From Macrostomum lignano (lineage: Eukaryota): DNA of 64,000 bases. The position numbers and the translations under genes are program-made. Within the stretch, counting starts at the first letter, position 1; every line of letters starts with the position of its first letter. Positions 11,501-23,672 of the stretch are shown here, piece by piece. Location: positions 1-64,000 of the forward strand of contig NIVC01000915.1 in NCBI GenBank assembly GCA_002269645.1, given 5' to 3'. The notes under the pieces were generated by a model. It was not told the DNA's origin, made no database searches, and worked only from the letters and a program-made list of their open reading frames with translations.

Positions 11501-14228
11501 AGACCTCTAGTACAAGAGGTTGATATCACGCTGGGTCCAATCCTAACGTCTACCGTGCAAACATTAATACACTAGCAAATATATTAATGCTTTCTTTACC
11601 CTCGCTACATGCGGTATGAAAGTCATGCATGCAAAAGAGGATAAGTGTAACTGCGGCGCCTTCCATCGGGTGTACGTGGCTTGGGTTGTCTTGCACACGG
11701 ATCTCCTCTCTAACCTTTGTAGTGTACGTGTGTACACTGGTCGCTAGATCGGGGTTGGGGGTTGCTATTGTACTGCAGGTGCGTGCTTTTCAAACGCCAA
11801 GGGGCATCGTCAACTCTGACGCGTCTCTCTTTGCTTTCCGCTGCACCTCGCTCTCCCCTTGTGCAATGTACTCAGCGCAGCTTCAACTGCTGCCCCGACT
11901 CACTTGGGAGGCAAGTAAATATGAATTCTCGCCTCGTACAATCCAGAGAACAATTTACAAGAAGCTGTAGCAGACTCTTTTTTACCCCGGTTGACGAAAT
12001 CTCGGACAAATAAATAAACTAAAATAAACATTCGAGCTTGTAGTGATCTTTTGTTCAATGTATTTTGGCGAACAATAAAATTTCCTACGAAATGACGAAA
12101 AGCCTTATGAGCCATAGGAAAATGTTGATAGGACTAGGAACCGGAATTAGGCTAGGCCTAGGGCACCTGGTCGTGTAACGTGGCCGAGACTGGACGGCAA
12201 CGAGAGGACCCAACGTTAGCCTGGAGCGAGGGGGACCAAAGTTAAAAAGTAGGCACCAACGTTGCGAACGCTAGCCTCTGTCTAAGGCACACCCAACTTA
12301 GTTCGGCTCACACCAGCAGCAGCAGCAGCCTCGCATCCACCAGGCCTCTGAGCAGCTCCCAGACACTGGCTAGACCCCATCGGGGCTGGCCGCCGGTGCT
12401 GGACTGTCAGGCGTGGGATGGAAGGTCTGCTGACCACGGACACGAAAGTTGGTATTATGGTTCCGCTGGGGTTGACCCTGGTGGACCTGGTGGCAAGCTC
12501 GCCGACATGCCCTCTGCACACTTGCGTGGCGATGCGGTGGTGCAAGGCCCCTGTCCAGAGGCGAGCGGGACAATGACGGCTGGCTGTGCCATGTTGCAGC
12601 CAGACCGTCCCCGTAAGGCCCAATGACCAGGTGACCCAGCTGGGCCCGTCAATAACAACAAAAACAACAGCAGCAGCAGAAGCAGCATCAACGATCTCAG
12701 CTGCACGAACATCGACAACAATCAACAGATCATCTCAGGACAGCAAGACCAGTGCAGAACGGAAGTTCATTGTGCTTGCCAGCCTAATGGTATGCGCAAG
12801 CGAAAAACGGAAAAATTCAGCCTGATGAAGTTGGCTTGCACTTAGAGCGTCAAGCTCATACGAAAACTGCTGACATCAACACTCAAGATCTGCGACAGCA
12901 GTACTGCTGCGATACTGGTGGAGCTGCCTAATGCCGCACGGCTCTGATCTAGCTGTGTTCACATGAAACTTGCATACAGGTGTTCAAAATATTTTCTCAC
13001 CAATAAGTTTTCAAACTCTCTTGTTGTTGTGTACTTTTCAAATATCGCTGACTGATGCAGTTTTGGCGATATACGAGTACATTACCAAATTGCCACACGA
13101 CAAAACGGTTATGACCGAAATGTCACACGAAAGAAGGTTACATGACCAAGCTGTCATATAAAAAACTGTTACAGGACCGAACTGCCACACCACGAAACGA
13201 TCCCACAATAGAGTGGCCTAAGCGACACAATTGTCTCTAGTAACTTTTTAAACTAATTAAAACAGGTAAAAGTAAAACTTTGAGTACGAGCTACACCCGC
13301 TAAGACAGGAACAAGCATTTGGTCGTTTGTATTAAACCATTTTGTAGGTTTTCGAGTTGCTTTGTTTTGGGTGCCGCAAAGTCATCAGTGTTGGCATATA
13401 TCAGACTTTTTACATCCAAGTTAATCCAAAGTAATACTCAGAATCACCCGCAATGAGCTGCAAACTTCATTCGGCCAAGCTCTATTCTAAATGGGACATA
13501 GCAAATGACACCGGTGAAGCAATGACTGAGAGGAGCATTCATCCAGCCTTTGCTCTTAATTGTCCGAATCTGCTGCATCATGCGCAAAGGGCCTGATGAC
13601 CGGCCTGCTAGAGCTCAGGCCCAATAGGGGGAAATGCCATGCTGATGCGATACTTGCAGGCTCACTAAATTTTCCTGTTTTAGGCTAAAAGATCTTTTTC
13701 GCTCTCTTCCTCTGTTTTATCTGGCCAAACTTGAACAATGGACAGGGCTGTTTACTTTTGGCGAGCTCTCACCTGTAGCTGGTTGGACCTGGTTAACTGT
13801 CGCAGAGACTGATGAGTGGTTGATGAGGCCGAGAGAGATCGGAAGGATCATGAGTTGAGTGTTTGCGTTAGACCTTATGGCCCTGTATCCGCAAACGAAG
13901 AGACAAATTTATAGCTACCTATTGGGTTGCATACGCTAGTAAATTATATTTACTCTTAGACTGTTTGACACTCTGGTAAAAGCCAAGATCGCATACATCA
14001 CTCAGCTAAAAACCTTCGTCAGCCAGCTCTATCCGGTTCCACGACAGAAACCATCTCCATCAGAGTCGCACAATAGGAGCCTATAAAAATTGAACCGATG
14101 AAAGGCGCCCACGGGTTGGCCAGCAGCCAATTGCTGGCAGTCTCGGGCTCAACATAAAATTGAACTGCCAGAACGGACTGCCTCTTTCTTCTGTCTTAAC
14201 GGAAAAAACTAGCAAATTTTTAGCAACG

Positions 14229-17200
14229 ATGGCCCTCTCAGCAACCACAGTTGTTGCGCTTTATCTTTTACACACAGTTACAGCGCAGAATGTGGAGTAC
14301 CACCCTGGACAGGTGCTATGCGTCCCGAACGGCCTCATCAACTTAGCCGTTCTGCAAAGTGTGAATAAATACTGTGACACTCTCAATTCAATGATAAGCG
14401 AACAAATTTTTCTGCGCAATCTGGCACCGCACTACGCTGCTAAACTCATCAATGCGAAATGGATCAGTCGCAATCTCCGCCTCGGTCTGCTCCATCTTGA
14501 TCCGTGCTACCTGGACCGTCGTCTGGTGGACATGCTGAAGCGGATTAGGCCGGCATGGACACACCCGACCGGCCTTGATGCGGCTGCCGGATTCTGCGAC
14601 CAGGTAGTGTCCAGCCTCGGAGAAAAGTTCTACTTCGTTCATGCCGTCGTGTCGGGCTGGCGTAGCAGCGAGACGCAGCTGGTGTCCCGTCAGCTGTCTC
14701 TCTACTCCATGCCGCAGGTCGGAAACGAGTGCAGCAGCGATGCTCTGTCGGACAAGACGCTCTACCCCAACGTATTCCGTCAAGTAGCTCCCGACAGCTA
14801 CCAGGCCAAGGCAGTCGTAGACCTCGTGCAGTACTTCAACTGGACCATGGTAGGAATCGTGCACAGAGACGATGTGTACGGTAGAGGACTGCTCCAGAAC
14901 ACGCGTCTACTGCTTCAGCAAAGTAGCAAATTCGGTCAGACAGTGTGCGTGGCTTTCACTTTACCTATCAACATGTTTTTGACAAAGGAGGATGTCGACA
15001 CCCAGATGAGTCAGTACCCCTACCTGCGTGGCTTTCTTGTATTCGATACCTTTAGTAGCATTCCAGAATTCTTACTCCAAGCGATAAGTGGCAGAAAAGG
15101 AGTTATCATCACAACGGATGCGAATTCCGTTGCCTACAAACATTTCACCACGGGTGCCATCTATACCTCGTTTACAAAGTTCGCCACGCCCGACCTCATC
15201 CACTTCTACCACTCGCTGAACGGATCTGAGGTCCTCGGCTATCCGTTCGGCGAACAACTGCTCCGACTTCTGTTCAACTGCACATTGGATAGCGCTGCAT
15301 CGTGCTGCTCTGACGGCAGTTGTAGAGTCGGCTCAAAGTCGAGTCTATCAATCGACTCTGAGGTGGCTCCTGTCGCAAGACTTCTGGACTCAATCAACAT
15401 TCTGGTCTCGTGTATCGAGCGTGTCGCTCTGATCGATTGCGCGACAAAGTGGCCGAATGTTACGGCTGTGAGTGCATGTGTCACAGGTCCGAAGGTGATG
15501 AAGCTGCTTGCGAACTCCAGCTTCCCTTTCATGCGAACCGGAAACGTGAGCTTCGACTCGAGCGGTGACGGATCGCCGGCCTACGAGATTCGTCAGGAGC
15601 AGCCGGACGGTCAGCTGGTGAAGGTCGGAACGTGGACGGAGTCAGCCGGTCTTACGTTGAGCGACCTCACACCTATTCGATGGTGGCAGAACTCGAGCTC
15701 CGATCGGCATGCAGCTCAGTCGGAACTGCCAAAGTCATTCTGCAGTGCTCCGTGCAGTGCTGGCGAAATCAAGTTGGAGACAGATGCTTGCTGCTTCACG
15801 TGCAAGCCGTGCTTCAAGCAGGAGATCGTGTCCGATGATGGCAAGTCGTGTCTGTCGTGTTCGGAGTTTCACTGGCCCAGTCAAGACCGGCTGAGCTGCG
15901 AGTCGATACCGGTGTACGCGTGGAGAGACGGACTGCAGTTTCCTGTGCTGCTGGCATGTCTCGCTCTACTCACGATCTTCCTGGTCGTCGTGCTCGCTCT
16001 GTTCATCAACCGTCGACACCACAAGCTCATCAAGGCCTCGTCGATACACTTGTCTGTCACGTGCATGTGTGGGAACCTTCTCGGTCTAGCGTGTCTCGGT
16101 CTGTTCGTTGTAGACAGCTCGCACGCAATGTGCAATGCTTTGAACTGCGCATTCCAGCTCAGCCTGACTGCTTGCTACGCGAGTCAGTTGGTGAAGACCC
16201 TTCGCGTCCATCTGATCTTCTCTGCATCGAGAGTGGGTCGTCCGGTACCTTGGCTCGCGCGACAGAAGCCGATGCTGATGATGCTGGCCGCAGTCATTTT
16301 CGGAATGGTGAGGAAATTCTGTAGGACAAATGCATGACATGCTGTAGGACAAATTCAGGACATGCTTTACAGACAAATTCAGGACATGCTGTTGGACAAA
16401 TTCAGGACATGCTGTAGGACAAATTCAGGACATGCTTTAAAGACAAATGCAGGACATGCTGTAGGACAAATTCAGGACATGCTTTAAAGACAAATGCAGG
16501 ATATTCTGTAGGACAAATGCAGGACATGCTGTAGGACAAACGCAGGACATGCTGTAGGACAAATGCATTACATGCTTTAAAGACTAATGCAGAACAAATG
16601 TAGGACATGCTGTAGGACAAATGCATTACATGCTTTAAAGACTAATGCAGAACAAATGTAGGACATGCTGTAGGACAAATGCATTACATGCTTTAAAGAC
16701 TAATGCAGAACAAATGCAGGACATGCTGTAGGACAAATGCATTACATGCTTTAAAGACTAATGCAGAACAAATGTAGGACATGCTGTAGGACAAATGCAG
16801 GACATGCTGTAGGACAAACGCAGGACATGCTGTAGGACAAATGTGTAGCTACGAGCATATGACACGCACCAGCAAATGAGATTAGAACCCATCTATGCGG
16901 TGCATTACAGTGCCTGCTGCTTAGTGGAGTGACCGTGTTCCGACCACTGAGCTCGGAGCTCAAACAGCTTGTGACCGATCCTTCGGTCCGACCAGTCGTG
17001 GAGAAGAACTGCGCGATCGCGACCACGGCGTTCTGGGCTCCGCTGTGCTGCAACCTGCTGATCCTGACTGTCACGTGCGGCCTGTCGCTGAAGACCCGAT
17101 CGCTTCCGGACAACTTTCACGACACCAAGTGCATCCTGGCTTGCGGAGTGTCCGGCCTCTTCTTGTGGTCGGCGTTCGTTCCGTCCGCTCTTTCGGCCAG

Positions 17201-17381
17201 CTCTCTGACTACCGCAATGTTGCTGCTTGCGTTCTCGTCCAGCCTCACGCACGCGCTGCTGCTGTCGATCCTGTTCGCTCCGAAGCTGTACGCAGTGTAC
17301 GCGAGGCCCGAGGCAGAGAACAACATCCAGTTCTACACCAATAACCCTGCTACTACCGTTGTGTCGGCTGTTGCCAAGTGA
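14229..17381 (+). CDS. Class C GPCR, copy 2; exons 14229-16307 and 16911-17381
   Basis: Same architecture and same exon-1 length (2079 nt from the ATG at 14229) as copy 1. Phase-0 intron 16308-16910. Confidence 0.92.
16314..16842. repeat. Intronic minisatellite, same family as 4817-5020 but expanded
   Basis: Tandem ggacatgctgtaggacaaat variants plus a higher-order gcattacatgctttaaagactaatgcagaacaaat unit. Confidence 0.9.
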
Positions 17382-19144
17382 AAAACATTTTACCTCGCGA
17401 CCATTGCGGTCTATAGATACGCGATACAGATATCGTCAACTACAGTATAAAGTAGCATTCTTGCACTCTTAAACTTGATCGAAGTGACAAGTTTCGCAGG
17501 TTTGTTTATCTAAGGTTTTTTTGAATAGCTTATTACCTTTTGCTGCAAAAACATTTTTAATTTTGCTTATCTTTTGCTTAGCTTTTTTAAGGAATTCTCC
17601 TAAATGTAGTAGATCGCCTTGCAGTTTTTAATTCTTTGTTGTTTTTGTGTTGCTGTCTGAGCTCACGCGTACTTTTAAGCAGGCTTGGCTTGGCCTGCAG
17701 TGGGCAAATTTCACATTTTTTATGCTAGCAGCAATGTACCAAAATTTTGCTTGAAGCACGAATCTATCCTAACTCCGAGCCCTAACTACATTGCGAGTCT
17801 ACTAACCACGAGTAACAGTACTACCTGCATTCGACATTTAAAAGCGCTTCTATTATTGTTTCAGCTGATCAGCTTTTTTATTTTCAACGAACTGCGACTT
17901 AACAGTAGAAATACCAAGTTATTTTCTACCATTTCAACCACAATGCGTTCCATAAAAATTTCTACTGCTAAACTGCAATAGAGCTTTGATCAAGTGAAGA
18001 TTAGCCTAAAGACTCATGATTATGACGCTTTTGCATATAAAAATACCCCCATGTATTACTATTTTGTTAATATTCGCTGCTTGGATCTGGTTTACAGGCA
18101 GACCGAAAGTCTACGAGTACTTCAGCAACGATTTTACAATCCCAATTTAAACCAACAAAGTTTACGAAACACGAGACATTTACTCGTAATTTGAAGCCGA
18201 CATCTTTTTCTGAAATAGTTTTAAACTCTTTCCTTCAATTTGATTCCCATATATTCTAAATTCACTGTATTTTAAATTCACTGTAACAACGTAATTTTAA
18301 AAAATTATCCCCGAATCGCATCCTCTGTGATCGCTTTCTGAATCTGTTGACTTTACGATCTATCGACTTGGCAAACTTCTCAATCCATTTCGAAGTTCCC
18401 AGCCAACTCGTTGGATAAACAAAGCTACGAAGAATTAACGGAAACTTTTTCGTCCTTCCTGCAACATACTTTTTGGATCAATATAGCCGAAATCTTTACT
18501 AAGCTCCCAGCTTGGGAACACTGGAGGCACCCCCAAAACTACAATATTCTGAAACTTTCTTATTTTCTAACGAATCTTAAAGAAACTGGCGACAATTGGA
18601 AGGGGTTACTTTTTACAAAAACCAAGTTGTACGACTAAATAAAAATCAAAGATTTTCTGCATCACAACTTTCAAGTTCCGGGATCGGAAAATTCCGGGTT
18701 ACTCTGGCGTAAAATGTTTCTTTAAAGCCGGAAAATGCTGCTGATCATTAATTTGGAAGCTACTAAACCAGCTGGCGACAGAACGCATGCTTCGTGTGAC
18801 ATCGTTTAACTTAGACATTTTGCCCGAAGGGGCCGATTTCGGGCTTAAATAAGTCAGGCACAAATTATCCCTCAGAAATTTGTTTCGGATAAAAATTTCA
18901 TGGCTTCATCTATGAGAAGAGTCAGACAAACTCTATGTTTTTACGTCACTGAATTTCTAAATTTTACAAAGCGCAGGCTAGATACTCAGTTCCATCACGT
19001 CGATCAGTAGAGCAGTCACGATTTTATTTCATTCACGCATTTTAAAGTCACAGCATCATCATTTTTCGCCGTTTTCAGTGGCACTTTTACGTCCCGAAGT
19101 CAAGCTCGTTTTCAGCAGGTGCGCGACACTTGCAGCGAAGATGT

Positions 19145-21065
19145 TCACTTCTCATCCACCTTCATGGAGCTCAGCTTGGCCCGCATCTCCGCGGCGTCCG
19201 CAGCCGACGCCTGCAAGGCACCCAGACAGCCGGTGTGGCCGTTGGACATGAAATGGAAGCGCAGAGGCCGCTGCAATGAAATGGATTACTTGCTGTGGAT
19301 AACGCATTAACTAGAGCACATAAACTACTTTAACTACTTAATTAGTCCTTGCTAAAGTAGGTAGCAAAGAACTTCCTTTTGAGTCACTTTCACCAATCAA
19401 TATTGACAACTTCAAATAAACAAAGTACAAGTTTCACTGGTTCTTTCGTTAAAAAATCTACAAGCAAATCTTATTCCATATGCATGCGCATAAACCTCAG
19501 AGCGATGTGACTCAGAAACTGAACTCCAGAACAATTTCATGAATCCCAAAAATCCCAGAAAAGTGATTAGCTATGTCAGTTTTATAACCAATGACAAGCC
19601 TTACATAGGTCGGCACAGTTTCAGCACAGTCCCTCAGAATGTCTCTGGCCACTTTGGCTCGGAAGAAGTTTCCGCCAAGGTAGACTCTGCGAATACGGTG
19701 CAACTTGCAGTAGGCGGCCACTTGGGTCAGCAGGCCGGAGACTATGCAACCGACCACAGCCGCAGCCACGTCTTCGCGGCGAAAACTGCCAGTCGGAACT
19801 GCTCAAAATTGTCGGATTTACTTTTGTCGATAGTCATGATACATCCGAATCAGGCATTCGAGTCTTTTGAAAGAAATCTTGGAGCTTTAAAGTATTCGCT
19901 TTGGAACTTACTGGCGCCCTCTGATGACTTGCCGAACGGAAACATCGGAAAATCGCCGGGTAGCATCCTGTACTCGGCTTTAGCGTCCTGATCGATCATC
20001 TCCTTCGCCTGAGTGTCCACATTACCCCTGTCACCTCTGGCAGCCAGCTCCATGATCTCATCATAGTTGTTTGTTCCCAGTAACATGTGCGACAGGCCCA
20101 GGAAGCTCTTGCCACCGAACCAGTGGACGCCGAGCATATCAGCTGTACCGTCCTCATTCAGCTGGAGGGAAAATCGAAACGAGATGCGAGGTGTGCTTCT
20201 CTTCTCATTGTAGCGAATATATATGCAGGACAAGCAGGACAAGCAGGACAACTTGCACCCAACTTCTTCCAATAGACTAGACCTAACCGGCTTGTCTCTC
20301 GCTCACTACAGACAGCAACTACAGCTTTTCTGAAATTAAAAAGCCGCTTCAAACTAAATCAAAACGGCAACATGGAACTGAGAGCCAAACCTTTGCATGA
20401 GGCAGTTTCGACACTGTTTTGAAGCACGCGCACCTTGTTTATAACTGTGCCGGATCCACAGAAACCAAAGATCACTGGCAGCCGATGACCATCAGCCGAC
20501 GTGAAAATCTCATCAATGCGACTCTGCAAGGCAGCAATCCACGGTGGCAGTTCAACAGGTGGCTTGGATTCCTCCGCTGTCCGCCCATCCGCATAGCAAA
20601 AGACGTCGTCTTCATAGTTGTTCAGCAGGAAGTGACCTCCGGTCTGGTGGCTCATGATCTCGTCCACGAATTCAATCCTGTTGGCGCAATGTGCAAAAAT
20701 AGCTGATCACCCACCATCTACATGTAAACGTCAAGTCTATCAGCCAAGGCTCACGAAATAACTCACCCCATGCAGGTCGTTGCTGCAATTTCATTCTTGA
20801 ACTTTTCGCCGCCGACACCAGTGACGCGAAGCTTTCGTCCGGCAGTTTTAATGACGCCCTCTTCGGTTGCCCTGGCAACGAGCCAGTCGAGCACGTGTTC
20901 AAAGTCGCTATTGGCATAAACTGCCATTTCAAGCGACACCTTCTCGGGCTTCTCGGGAACGGGCTTCACGTACAAAACCTTTGTAAGAGAACATCCTGGG
21001 AAAAGTTTGGAAAAAATCGTCCAATGGCGAATACTCGATAGCAGATGGTATTGATGGCCTGCCAT
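19145..21065 (-). CDS. Divergent type II pantothenate kinase (fumble)-like protein; exons ~20995-20767, 20677-20434, 20161-19912, 19798-19605, 19270-19145; first exon uncertain
   Basis: Motifs follow PanK-II order: GCSLTKVLY, VTGVGGEKF, EFVDEI, CGSGTVI, GGKSFLGLSHMLLG..YDEIMELAARGD, PFG, REDVA, RVYLGGNF, GHTGCLGAL. GT/AG junctions keep the frame. Confidence 0.8.
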
Positions 21066-21188
21066 GGACCCATGCTCATTTTTCTTGGGTTTTATGTTCA
21101 GGATAATTAGTGTACTACAAGGCTGAAAGCTTCGGCATAGCCTACGCTCGTAGTTGAATTAAGTTCTAATTTCCCTTGACATTTGACC

Positions 21189-21944
21189 TAGGCCGTATGA
21201 ATAAAATGAGCAATAACTTGCGAGTTCAAGCTTAAACGCTGAGACTGAGCTACTGCTCAGGTCTGAGATTTTGCTCCGAGTCGGAGCATCTGCTCAAGGT
21301 CAGTATGAATAAAGTTGGGACTCCTAGTCAGAGTTCAGACTTTTGGTCTCAGAGTTGTAACTCCAATATTGCGATACTTTGAACCATAGACAAAAATGTT
21401 GTTTTCTAAGAGTATGCTACGAGTATATGCTTTGTGTTTTATGTAGAATCCTTCTTTCTGTTTTCCCCTTGAGCTTCTTTATAATCGGCCAGATACTGCA
21501 CGTTGGTGCGAGAAAATCGGTAGAGTCGACCATACTCCGTGTCTCTAGTCAAGTCGGAAGATCGGCGCTCCGGATAGAACTTCCGTCGAGCGGGAGCACG
21601 TGCAGCAAAGAACTCAGCCATACTGCCAAAGAACTCAATCAAAGAACATCAGCAACTAGAAAGCGCTAGTTACAGCAACCACTAGAGTATAGATGGCTGA
21701 GGCAGGCAGAGGGCTGCCTCAACATTTTGTGAGTTGCAGCTCAGAAAATATTGTCTATGGCCCGAGTTTATTCATACAGACCGGAGAGTTTGCTCAGCCC
21801 CGGATTTTTTCGCTGACACTCGGAACAACAACTTTCAAGTCAAAACTCATGAGCTGTTGCTCGGAAGTCACTGCTCCGTTTTTTCATACTGACTTGAGAT
21901 TTTGTGTGAGTCTGAGCAATTGCTCATTTTATTCATACGGCCTA
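21189..21944 (-). mobile_element. Internally deleted DNA transposon with a Harbinger-like transposase remnant
   Basis: Perfect 26-bp inverted ends taggccgtatgaataaaatgagcaat (21189-21214 / 21919-21944) and longer imperfect inverted arms. The internal minus ORF 21439-21642 (YGRLYRFSRTNVQYLAD) resembles the Harbinger transposase N-terminus. No clean 3-bp TSD. Confidence 0.65.
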
Positions 21945-22730
21945 TTGCGTATAGTTACCTCGGTCCAAACTACCGAACACTTCGGGATACTTCAGCAGTC
22001 TCCGCTCGGTGACAATCGACTTCAGCTCAATTGGCTCTTTCATTTTGATAGTGTCAAATTTTCTGATTATTTTTCTAATTTTTAAAGTGGCGAGATCAGC
22101 TGAGCCAGCGCGCTTTTCATACTTTGCGTTTTTTTAGAGTTTAAATATTATCACCGCGTTAAAGAAAGTGACGCAGTCCAGTGTCTTCGGCACCTGAAAA
22201 CTGGCACCGAATCGATAAGACTTTAAAGTGCCTCTCCAAGCAATACGAGTAAAAGACCAAACTACCATAACGCTCTTTGGCGCAACGTCGCTATCACGCG
22301 TTAAATGAGTGCCGATCCAGTTGCATGAATGCTTACTTATGCGCAGAACTCGCCAGTTAAATTTTACTCAGGCGTGAGATCAGACGATAATTTTCTAGGT
22401 CAATTTGCTTGGCAGACTAGCAAACCAGAAGGAAACAAGTTTTATACTGCAATTGTAGTGCCCATATATATGGCATTGCGCTAATGAATCAATCAGGTCC
22501 AGGTTAGAAGAGGGTTCGTTCTCACAGTTTATTTGGTTTAATTCGATTGAAGCTTGTATTAAATATTATACGAGCTAAAGTCATTCGTATTGCATTTCTG
22601 CTTATAAATAGTTATTATTATGACCACGGTTTATGTAGTGCTTCCTCTTTTCTAAGGATAATTTCGATCGCGAGAGACCAGTTTTTCGAATAGAATTCTC
22701 TATAGAGATTGACTTGCAGTTTCTCCATCA

Positions 22731-23672
22731 TCAGTTCAAGAACAGCAGACGAATTTCTTCTTCACTCAGATACTCCTTGGAGAGCGCCACCACCTGCACC
22801 GTGCCAGCAAGCCAGCCGTGGGAGCTTGTTCGTCGACCAATTTTCAAGCAGGACATAACATTTACACTCGGACTGCCAGAGTAGTCAATGTATACCCCAC
22901 CGGGAGTCAGAAACCGGCCATTGAAGTACAGATTCAGTTGGTTGGCCGTCCCGTTATAGGCAACTCCGACATCAACAAGCTGGTATGGATCGTCAGGTAA
23001 AATCATTTCAGAGCTCTCAATCAGAATTGAGGATGACAGTCGGCTTAGCAAACGACGAGCGCCGCCGCTCTTCTCGGAAGCTTCCCACAGGTTGGCGCCA
23101 TTCCCGCCAGTGTTGCAGTCAGTGAACTCCAGGAAGCAACGAACCCCATTTGTTCGACTGGCTCTAACGATCCACGTCAGCGACTTGCTAGCAGTAAAGC
23201 TTGTTGCGTTGATCGCTTGCAGATACGATCTGGTCAGATTCGTCAGCCGCGCTCCGTTACTTGTCCATTCGACATCATGAGCCTGCAGTGGAGCCTGGCC
23301 GCACACGACGCTGTCCATGACAGCTCCGGCGGCCTCCCACACTGCCGAGAATCGAGATGCGGCCTGATTGAAGTTCAGCCGAGAGCTATGCATCACCTGA
23401 CAACCGCTACCGGGCTGCTGGAGCAAGGAACACACCGACTGGTAGGCAAACTGGTAGCATAGTCCGGTAGATTCTTCGAACTGAGCCAGCCATAGACCTG
23501 TCGGCTGCTGTGACTCGAAGCTCAGAAAGCAGTCAAGCAGAGAGCGTCGACTTCCAGCAGCTCGAATGGCTAGAGTCGAGTTGAAGCAGACACCGGAGCC
23601 GACGCCGCGAATCAGGCAGTCGGCGCTGCTAAAAAGGATAGAAATGACCGTCAGATGGGTGCCGCCCAGCAT
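22731..23672 (-). CDS. Intronless secreted protein, PAN/apple-like N-terminus plus LamG/concanavalin-like domain (~313 aa)
   Basis: Hydrophobic leader (MLGGTHLTVISILFSSADC), a Cys-spaced N-terminal module, and a C-terminal VGVAYNG..LNLYFNG...LKIG...LAGTVQVVALSKEYLSEEEIRLLF typical of LamG_3-like folds. Confidence 0.65.
   Translation of the reverse strand: MLGGTHLTVISILFSSADCLIRGVGSGVCFNSTLAIRAAGSRRSLLDCFLSFESQQPTGLWLAQFEESTGLCYQFAYQSVCSLLQQPGSGCQVMHSSRLNFNQAASRFSAVWEAAGAVMDSVVCGQAPLQAHDVEWTSNGARLTNLTRSYLQAINATSFTASKSLTWIVRASRTNGVRCFLEFTDCNTGGNGANLWEASEKSGGARRLLSRLSSSILIESSEMILPDDPYQLVDVGVAYNGTANQLNLYFNGRFLTPGGVYIDYSGSPSVNVMSCLKIGRRTSSHGWLAGTVQVVALSKEYLSEEEIRLLFLN

Noticed and set aside
12282-12825. 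Overlapping GC-rich ORFs with CAG/CAA runs
   Set aside because: No recognisable motifs or consistent splice sites. Probably a decayed mobile-element fragment.
13440-13800. Possible pogo/DDE-1 remnant (SKGWMN on the minus strand)
   Set aside because: Only one short motif, insufficient support.
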